Shown: in pieces, positions 1 through 8,649 of the stretch
Layout of the letters: each line of letters begins with the position of its first letter
Position numbering within the stretch: the first letter of the stretch is position 1
Assembly: GCA_003990765.1 (NCBI GenBank)
Contig: RBNJ01000296.1
Span: 1 to 33,829, forward strand
DNA from: Jimgerdemannia flammicorona
Lineage: Eukaryota
Length of the DNA: 33,829 bases
Direction of reading: 5' to 3'
Program-made: the position numbers and the translations under genes
Notes under the pieces: generated by a model
The model's input: the letters and a program-made list of their open reading frames with translations, nothing else
The model's database searches: none
Told to the model about the DNA's origin: nothing

Positions 1-215
1 TTTTTTCTTATTTATAAAAAGTAAGTTTATTTTAAATGTACTTTTTATTATCTAAAATATAATAAATATTGATGATTTATATTACACAAAATATTATACT
101 ACTAACACTTTAAAACTATACTGTTTAGTTTTATTTTAAAAATAAAGTTAAAAGAAAACAAATGCTAATAGTATCAAAGTATACATATATAAAAAGAGAA
201 TATATTTAACATGCT
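1..215. other. AT-rich, CpG-free stretch, probably the edge of a mutated repeat relic
   Basis: Very AT-rich with no CpG, ending abruptly just before the methyltransferase stop codon; same composition as other TE relics in the window. Confidence 0.4.
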
Positions 216-237
216 GGAGATATCGCAATGTACAGTA

Positions 238-1008
238 TCACCCCCGTTTAGCATAAATCATAAAATTGACAACACTATCTGAAAGCTGAAACCTCTCGAC
301 GTTCACTTTGAAGCCATGCCTCTGAAGAATATCATAGATCACATCGACTCTCCTTTCTTGTCTGCCATCCTCTCCAATCTCTTCAACATCTGGTACCTCC
401 ATCGCTATCTGCCAGATCCGATCCCAATGTTCGTCATGAATACCCCGCAACACGAGTAATTCGGCCCCTTCGACATCAATCTTGAGAAAATCAACCCGGT
501 CAACTTCATGCTCGGTCAAGACGCCCGACAGAGTGCGCATCGGCACGCGATAGTCCGTTGCACCTTCGAATGCCTGGAGTCCTAATAGACTACCCTGCAA
601 TCGCACCTTTTCGGCGTGATTCAGAGTCGAGTTGCCTGGTATGCGTGGATAGAATGTGAAAGACACGGCATCGCACGCCTCATGCCCAAGAGCCACGTTG
701 AAAAGCTTGGTCGAAATGCGATCCGAATGAGAATCGCAGTTCCGACGGACATTCCGGCAAAGGACATCGAAGATGGGTGGAAGCGCCTCGAACCCATAGT
801 ATTTCACTTGCGGTAACGGGTACTCTGTTGGCTGTCCTTCGAACGCCGCGTGCATTGCATATTGACAGAAGACGCCAATGTTCGCTCCGATATCAAATAC
901 AACGTCACCCGGTCTTAGCGCAATTCCGTGTGCAGAGTAAATGGTATCTTCGAAGATCTCCTTGTAGATAAAGGCGGCCTCGGAGAATGACCCCTGAAGG
1001 ATGTCCAT
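238..1008 (-). CDS. FkbM-family SAM-dependent methyltransferase (256 aa, intronless)
   Basis: Motif I VVFDIGANIGVF, GFEALP, FNVALG, VDFLKIDVEGAELLVLRGI and QIAMEV are the typical FkbM/Methyltransf_21 pattern; the ORF is uninterrupted. Confidence 0.9.
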   Translation of the reverse strand: MDILQGSFSEAAFIYKEIFEDTIYSAHGIALRPGDVVFDIGANIGVFCQYAMHAAFEGQPTEYPLPQVKYYGFEALPPIFDVLCRNVRRNCDSHSDRISTKLFNVALGHEACDAVSFTFYPRIPGNSTLNHAEKVRLQGSLLGLQAFEGATDYRVPMRTLSGVLTEHEVDRVDFLKIDVEGAELLVLRGIHDEHWDRIWQIAMEVPDVEEIGEDGRQERRVDVIYDILQRHGFKVNVERFQLSDSVVNFMIYAKRG

Positions 1009-1248
1009 GATACAGCCGGCAATAATATTTTCGCTGGATTGTATTGCGAGTCACATGAAATCACGTGCATTCCATGGCATCTCCGCTACCAAAATGCAGA
1101 ATGGCTCAATAATTATTTTTATTTTCATTTTTTAACAATTTCACGAAGAATATTTTACTAATTTCAAGCCATCAAAGGAAAGTGAATATGTGTTTGTTTA
1201 CATTCTCAAATTGTGATCCCACAGAAGGGAAAAACATAATACGGAAAT

Positions 1249-3258
1249 TTAGTAACTCAAGACGGTGCATTGGTTTTCCGACTGAAAATTGATGTTAGAC
1301 CGGTCACAGTTAGACCAGTCACCATTCGTCTTCAAGCTGGCGACCCCGGGGAAGACGGTCAAGAGAACTGATCGGTCCTCTTGATGCTCCTCACCCTTTT
1401 TCGATCGGTTGACGGATTGTGTAGCGTTGTGCCAATCGCTCCGTAACGATACGACGCCAGACCCGGTATCTTCGCCTAAGATAGAAATACGGTCGAGGGC
1501 AGTCCCTGCAAAGATTATCGCCAATCCCTCGCCCTCCATGATTTCCATTTGCAAACGAATATGGATACAGGTGTACACGAGAGAAAATATACTAGACGTC
1601 CATGCCTCTTGATCTCCTAGCCGGTTAAGAACATCCATTACAGTCCTGCACCTCAGTATCCAGAAGTCATACAATTTGTCTGCGATATCTGATGGCAAAT
1701 TACAGCTGTGGAATGGGCCATCGCTGAGTGTCATCTCGATACCCGGTTTCGGTAGCTTGTCTATCAGAAGTCTGGCGAATTCCGATTTCGTTCGTGTTAC
1801 TAGAACCTTGATCTCCGACTCCTTGCTTGAATTCGGTCTCAAAGATTGTAATACGGCAAACGTCTGCTCTAACTCGGGGAATATCGTTTCGGCTGGGACG
1901 AACTCGAATACGTCACCGAGAATGGCAGTATCCCAAATAGTAGTCAGTTTGCTGATGATTATATGTTCGATAAGGCGTTTTTGGATGGGTTTGTTGAACC
2001 GAGCAACTCCGGAAGCATTGTTCATCGATACTATGCCACCCACAAAATCTTCATAAAAGCTGCGAATCGTATCTGTTTGCAATGAGTTTTGTGTGATCAT
2101 GTTGTCCACCAATTTGCGCAGGGTCTGATACAGTTTCAACCACGATTGGTTGAACGTAACAGGGTTAACGCCGTCCATCGCATGCAGGCCGCTATTGCTG
2201 CCACCGTCTCCGCTACGTGGGCGGAGGCTTAACTCGGTGTGCAATTGTTTTTCCATTTCCATGAGTTTTCCATACATTGTCGTTTTCTCGGCCGCCAAAA
2301 TTTCGACGTCCTTCAAATGCTGCTCTTGTAGGCGCTTATTCTCGTAAGTCAGTTCGCGGCTCGCGCCGTCTTTTTCAAGGTGAATGACCCTGATCTCGTC
2401 TTCGAATCGTTTGATCTGGCCCTTGCTTTTACGATTTTCGTCTTCGAGTCGTTTGATCTGGTCCTTGCTTTTACGATTTTCGTCTTCGAGTCGTTTGATC
2501 TGGTCCTTGCTTTTACGATTTTCGTCTTCGAGTCGTTTGATACAGTCCTGGCTTTTACGACAATCGTCCGTCAAGCGTTGGTTCTGTTGGCTCATATCTT
2601 TATAACGCTTTTCAAGATCGTTCCAATCTTGATCGAGTGGACGAACGGCTCTGCCTGGGTCTTCTCGGATCTGGCGTTCGGATGTGCCGTTGATCCTTCC
2701 CTTGTTGCCATTGCCAATCGAAAAATGGCTGTGATTCCCAGTGCCTTGAGCGTCGTATATTGAGTGTCGGGTCCGTTTGCTTTGTACTGCTTTCTCGGAA
2801 CCACCTGCATTATGAGACTCGCTAGTAGATATTGCGTTTTGCTTTCGACCCTGTGTTGTGTTTTTGTCGCTGTCGCCTTCGAGTTTGTACTGTGTTGTGT
2901 TTTCGTCGCTGTCGCCTTCGGGCTTGTACTGTGTTGTGTTTTCGTCGCTGTCGCCTTCGGGCTTGTGCTCGGTGTCCTTGCTAACGCCGTTGGTCTCCCA
3001 CCTGCGTGGAGGCTGTTGAGCCTTTCCGTGTACTGTAGCCGTGGTCATAGTTGGCGGGGCTGGTGGTGCCTTGTCCTTGCCGACGGCCTCTTGGATTTTT
3101 TTTGGCTTGGATTGTTGTTTCTTGGTTGGACTGACCCATTCGTAGAATTTCTCTTGGACCATCCCGATAACCCCCGTCGATCGATGAGCCGTTTGCTGGC
3201 CGTTTCGGTCTTCAGACATTTCCTGAGGCGCGTCAGAGGGGAGTTGGGATGTTACCAT
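1249..3258 (-). CDS. Coiled-coil protein (about 669 aa, intronless): disordered N-terminus, heptad repeats, helical region, GrpE-like C-terminal beta motif
   Basis: Long open frame; first ATG at 3258 (MVTSQLP; the track start at 3378 is TTG); K/E-rich heptads; C-terminal SDWHNA...VLLTVFPGV...QCTVLSY. Confidence 0.8.
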   Translation of the reverse strand: MVTSQLPSDAPQEMSEDRNGQQTAHRSTGVIGMVQEKFYEWVSPTKKQQSKPKKIQEAVGKDKAPPAPPTMTTATVHGKAQQPPRRWETNGVSKDTEHKPEGDSDENTTQYKPEGDSDENTTQYKLEGDSDKNTTQGRKQNAISTSESHNAGGSEKAVQSKRTRHSIYDAQGTGNHSHFSIGNGNKGRINGTSERQIREDPGRAVRPLDQDWNDLEKRYKDMSQQNQRLTDDCRKSQDCIKRLEDENRKSKDQIKRLEDENRKSKDQIKRLEDENRKSKGQIKRFEDEIRVIHLEKDGASRELTYENKRLQEQHLKDVEILAAEKTTMYGKLMEMEKQLHTELSLRPRSGDGGSNSGLHAMDGVNPVTFNQSWLKLYQTLRKLVDNMITQNSLQTDTIRSFYEDFVGGIVSMNNASGVARFNKPIQKRLIEHIIISKLTTIWDTAILGDVFEFVPAETIFPELEQTFAVLQSLRPNSSKESEIKVLVTRTKSEFARLLIDKLPKPGIEMTLSDGPFHSCNLPSDIADKLYDFWILRCRTVMDVLNRLGDQEAWTSSIFSLVYTCIHIRLQMEIMEGEGLAIIFAGTALDRISILGEDTGSGVVSLRSDWHNATQSVNRSKKGEEHQEDRSVLLTVFPGVASLKTNGDWSNCDRSNINFQSENQCTVLSY
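2395..2560 (-). repeat. 42-bp coding tandem repeat (about 3.8 copies) encoding IKRLEDENRKSKDQ
   Basis: Near-identical units start at 2407, 2449, 2491 and 2533. Confidence 0.95.
2851..2967 (-). repeat. 39-bp coding tandem repeat (3 copies) encoding (Y/H)KPEGDSDENTTQ
   Basis: Units start at 2851, 2890 and 2929 (ctgtgttgtgttttcgtcgctgtcgccttcg...). Confidence 0.95.
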
Positions 3259-4242
3259 GACTGCTTGAAAACACTCCACGGGGATGAACTTCAGAGTGTT
3301 ATAAAACTGCGAATGTAGAAATAAAAACGGAAATCCGAGACCCTTACGTTGATATAACGACAACTGCGATAACGACAACGTGATCCCTCAGAAATGGGGT
3401 GGTTTAATTTATAACTGCGGTATACGGCGGGGTCCGTGTATCCTGCGGAACGATTTTAGGAAGCGGGCGGTGTGGCCGTTTTCGACAGTCTTGGTCATGC
3501 CGAGGTCATTGTTTTTTTGGGTAGAGTTCGAGTGCATGGCCCATGACCCTCTGACCGCCCAATCCGGAAATCGGGATGGGAAGTAGACACGGTTTGCTCA
3601 CTGCGGCCGCAACGTCGATCATATACACAGGTCTTTTGATCAACACCGGTACTGCAAACACAGCAATTAGTTACTTCATTCGTCACTGCCATGCTGTCAG
3701 CCATATAACCTAGGGACATGCACGAATATTCGACACCAATAAGGTTTGCGCCCCTGAGAATTAGTTTGACAGAGAAGCGAACAATCCTTTTTTAGTTACC
3801 AAGGGATGGGATGCGCAGTAAAAAAAAAGTCGAAACCTGCATGAACGATTGAAAATGGAATACCCTCCCAGCCTACTGATGCTGGGGTTTGACCACATTT
3901 GTAACTTAGACCTGCGTTCTGAGAAAGGATGTCGGCCTGACATGTTTGTGTTTGTTTGACGGACCCGATTGAGTTACAAGCTATCATGCGGCGTAGTGTG
4001 ACACGCCACCAAACAATGAAAAAGCCGAATAAATATGCGCGATGGCCTCTTGAACTGCCAAGATACAACTAGATAATATGCTCATTGACCCCGCTCAAGG
4101 TATGCTCGCGTCTTCATTGAACGGTTTAGTGCTGGAGGGAGTTTTGGTAACAGCGATATCGAATGGATATGAACGTTGGCTCAAGTTATATTCTTTTTAT
4201 TATCCTCCAAAATATATACATAAAATAAAAGCCAAACTTAGC
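3259..4242. promoter_or_regulatory. Intergenic region between divergent genes, putative bidirectional promoter
   Basis: Lies between ATG 3258 (-) and ATG 4243 (+); TATAAA on the minus strand near 3407-3412; no TE-like composition. Confidence 0.5.
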
Positions 4243-7200
4243 ATGACCAATTTGTTGTCAGCATCGCAGCCAAACAGCGTGCAACCGCACTTTGGTCTCA
4301 ATGCCCGAGTTATCGCCGCAATCGACTTTGGGACCTCTCACTCGGGCTATGCAATGGTAAACGATCCCGACATGAGTGATGCTAAAACGAACATGCGTAT
4401 AATGGGAAAATGGCTCACCTCATACCAAAATTAGGTGCATGTCGCGGACCCCAACACTGTCGTCGAAGCACATTACCTGTGGAAGGACCAGCCAGCTCAA
4501 TACAGCAAGAACCTTACGGCTATCTTGTATGAGTATGATACTCCTACGTCAACGCCCATGGTGGAATCGTGGGGCTACACTGGTACGAAGTACTATTATT
4601 CACCCGTCCACCCGCTCACCCTCCCTTATCGATGGTTGACACGTTATTCTGTTCTGTCTGTGGGGTTTTCTCCACACTTAACGCTTCCAGCCAGGAAAAA
4701 CGGTATTAAGACGAAAGCTGCTGACACCTATTGGTACGTGTCTCGCTTCAAACTCTACCTCGACGAGGACGTCGCGAGCACTTTGCCGGCCCTGCCACCG
4801 GGCCGGACAGCGCTAACCGTGATCGCCGATTATCTGCGTAACCTCTACGACATGGCTCTCAAGGATATCCACGGCAGATGGGGTGGAACCGTGACGGCGG
4901 ATAACGTTGTATGGTTCTTGACCGTGCCTGCGATGTGGACAGAAAAGGCAAAGCAACAGATGAGGGAAGCTGCAGTCATGTCTGGACTGGTAAGAGTTTA
5001 ATTAGTACGTCTGCCCAACCTTGCATAGATGACATGTTCACGGAGATGAAATTCATGAATGGTCCGTCACTTTCCGGTATCACAAGGTTTCCGAGAACGA
5101 TAAGAACAATCCCAATCGATTGAACATTGTTTTGGAGCCCGAAGCCGCTGCAATGTTTTGCTGTCAACAATCGCAACAAAATCTGTTGAGCCGCGGAGAG
5201 ACGTTCATGATCGTCGATGCCGGCGGTGGTACAATTGACTTGGTAAAATCAGTTTCCTCTGAACCTCGTTTAAATCGTATGTTGGAGGAATGTTTGGTGC
5301 TCATTCTCTGATCCGTGTATCATCGTCTCTTTGATTTTGAAGACCGTCCATGAAGTCCAGGGCGATCCAAACACTAATCAGGAATCGTTACGAGAAATTT
5401 CTCACGGTAGCGGCAAATCATGCGGATCGACATTCATCGACGAAGCGTTCATCAACTTTGTCAAGGCGAAATGTGGCGCTGATACCATAGACGAATTTCG
5501 GAAGACCTACGTTTCGGATTGGTTGCGAGTAATGAAGGAATGGGAAGAACACAAGGTAATAGGTATTTTCCTATAGAAACACATCACGGATCCATAGTCG
5601 ACAACCATTAAAGGTATAACTGTATTTTTTTTTTTTTTTTTACTTTATCTAGCGTGCGTTCAATGGCGATATGCGCAGTCAAGAAGATATCCCGATTCCG
5701 ATGAAATTGCGCCAGATGATTGAACGGAACAGATTCAAAGACGACGAAAGCGACGAGGATGACGACTTCGAACAGATCACCATAACTGCCGCAGATTTCT
5801 TTGCCATGTTCGACCCCGTCGTCAATAGCACCCTTGACCTTATCGAACATCAGCTTGACCGTAGTATTCGGAATTTGACTCACTCAAGCCTCGCGGAAGG
5901 CCGAAGTGCTGGCGCCTGCAAGATCGACAAGATGTTCTTTGTCGGCGGGTTCTCGGATAGCGAGTACCTGTGGAAAAAAGCCCAAGAGAAGTTCCAATCT
6001 CGTATACAGTTATTCCGTCCAAATGACCCTGGTAGCGCTGTTGTTAAGGGCGCGGTACTGTGCGGCAAGTTTCCACGGTATGCGATGTTTTGCTTTTTTT
6101 TTTTTTTTTTTTTTTGACTGATCCCACCATGCAGTAGTATCGATTTACCAATACCACCTCTGATAACTGAACCTATGAATGTTTGCAATTATAGGTTTAT
6201 AAGTAGCCGCCGCTCCCGTGTTGCATATGGTGTGAAAACATCTGGGACTTGGACAGCTGATAATCCGGCTGGGGAATCCGCAAAGAAATGGATTGCGGTG
6301 GGTATCCCTGAGGCCATTACAGTACATTTGTGAGGTACAATAATAAGCCATCGATATTGAGTGCATGGATAATCAAATACTAATACGGCTGTCTTTATTT
6401 TATTTTATTTTATTTTTTCTCAACCTACAAGTCTGAAGGAACATATTTTGCGGAAAATCTATTCCATCAGATTGTCAATGTCGATGAACTAGTTGGTATA
6501 GATGAAAGAAAATCGACTATGTAAGTACCATTTCTCCGTCGCACATTTTTTCTATATCATTCTCTTCAGGCTTTTGATAATTTGGACGTTACCCATTCCT
6601 TGCGGATGCACAAACCAGATTTGTTCCCGTCCTCACCACTCAAGATTTCGCGACATTGGAGTTATACACGACCGATTTTGCAAACGAAAAATACATGTTA
6701 TCCTCCATGGTCCTTGCAGGAACTGTGCAGGTTCCGCTGTCCAAATATGTAGCGGATATCCACGTGCGCATCCAGTTCGTGCAGGACGTAAGCGGCAGCA
6801 TGGACGGAACCAAACTCGTCAGTTCGCAGGAAGGTTTGAGAAGGATATGTAGGAAACTGTCACAAGGTGACGAGGTTGGTCTCATCAAGTTTGGTGACTT
6901 TGCCGAAGTCGTCAGGTATGTGTTTCATACATTTTCCAATTCATCTCCAATTTTGTGGTTGCTCGTTTCTCGTTTAACGTCGCTGCTTTAATTACAGTGC
7001 CATTCAGCCGTATACAAAGAGTATCTACAATAACATCAACTATTTGCAACCCCACGGTGGGACCGCTCTGTACGATGCCATCTCCATGGGGGTTCAGAGT
7101 CTCAAAAAGCGTGCCGGGCTCTCGCTTGAACAAACGCACCAGAACGTTCTACTAATCTCCACGGACGGAAAGGAGAACTATTCGAGCGCCAACAGTTTTG

Positions 7201-7559
7201 CCGATATCGAAACCCTGCTCCAGAATCCGCTCATTGCCAACTTCCGCCTCGTACTGGCAATCGCGGGGAACGATAACGTGGACGCCAAGCTCGTCAAGCT
7301 GTTCAACTCGGAGAAATGTAAGGCATATTGCGAGGTCATCAACGTCGATAACTCCAGCGAGGGTATCAAGGAGGCGTATACTCAGATGGGTCAGAAGGTG
7401 CAGCTTCTGAAGTCTGGACATTCGCTGGCGAGCATTAATAAGGCCATTAAATTGGAGATGAAGTTTGGAGCAACAGAAGTATCGGCGGACGCGTTCGTTG
7501 CGAATTCTGGGGTGAAAAAATCTGTTTCCATCAAATTTCATGCAAAAAAATCTGATTGA
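4243..7559 (+). CDS. Atypical HSPA12-type Hsp70 (actin-like ATPase) with an inserted von Willebrand factor A domain; 10 exons, 801 aa
   Basis: Exons 4243-4356, 4435-4582, 4691-4989, 5087-5242, 5343-5555, 5653-6077, 6195-6297, 6432-6520, 6619-6915, 6998-7559; all GT-AG, total 2406 nt in frame. Hsp70 motifs AIDFGTSHSG, LTVPAMW, LEPEAAA, IVDAGGGTIDL, CGSTFIDEAF, VGGFSDSEYL, AVVKGAV, SRRSRVAYGV, MKFGATEV. vWA MIDAS DVSGSM, GGTALYDAI, STDGKEN. Confidence 0.88.
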
Positions 7560-8649
7560 TTCAAATTGCAAATTTTAGCGTAGAGTGGGTCGTTTTATGT
7601 CGTGAGGTAAATGAGGAATTCGTTTAGCTTTGATGATTCTGCAAGGAAAATAAAACACGTGTCATTGTGGTGTATGCTCATGTCAAAGGGACCCGGGATA
7701 TGGTCGGACAAGGAGGATGCAGTCAATGCGGAAATGGTGAAGGTGTAGAATATAAAATGTGAACGGTTATCTTTGGAATTTGCACATCATAGGTCATTTT
7801 TTCAGGCTCGACAGGTTGTATTTCGAAGCTTTACTTATGGAATCCCCTAGCGAGGATGAATGGCGTAACATCAATCAGGGTAGTCGTCGTGTCAGTCGTT
7901 TGCGTGTTCCTACTGCCCTGACAGCTCTCAAAATAGAGATATGTGCCGAAACGTTGGGAAATTCCTCGCGTCCCCCGTGTACGCGACATTTCAATGGTGA
8001 AGAGGCCGAAAGTTCGCATCGAAAACGTTTCGACGTGTCCGCTCAGAGAACACCCCTTGGAGTAAAATTTTGGCCGGTTGGAAGTGAGGAGATGATGGAG
8101 TGCGGATGAGATGCTGGGAAAAGTATGAATACGGCGCAGAGACGTGGCGGCAGTCGTGGTCGTGGTTGCACCTTATATCCACTTCCACTTCGTCGCGACC
8201 TCCACTCCGCTTCTCCACATCTCCGTCTCCAGTATCTACCGGTACCTCCAACAATTGCAACCCATATCTGATTCCTCAGGACGCCACCAACTGCTGGCTT
8301 CTTTTTCCTTATCGATGCGAGGAGGGAAGGAGGGGGGGGTTAGAGGATTTGCACGATTTCGATACTCACGTTCGTGGCAAGCTCCGTTTGATCCCTCTGG
8401 TGTTTGGCAGTTTGGGCCTGCCATCGTTGGCACCCTTCACCGCCATGTGACCTGGTTCCCTAGATGTTGTGGAGGCTGACTTTATTTGCTCAGAAGAGGC
8501 ACCTGATCCTGTAAGAGGCATGACTATAGTTGTGTAAGACAGCAAGGCTACACGTTTGCTCATGCTCGCTTGTCATTTCAGTACTCAGTTGCTCATTGAT
8601 CTAAATTTATAAAAATTAAAACAAAAATATTTGTTATTTATGTTATTTA

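Noticed and set aside
2380..3318. Hydrophobic plus-strand ORFs resembling membrane proteins
   Set aside because: Antisense shadows of the K/E-rich coiled-coil gene and its repeats
3259..3378. N-terminal 40-aa extension of the coiled-coil ORF from a TTG start
   Set aside because: Eukaryotic gene; the first ATG is at 3258, so the extension is likely 5' UTR
7759..8563. Short overlapping ORFs downstream of the Hsp70 gene
   Set aside because: No recognisable motifs or consistent splice model
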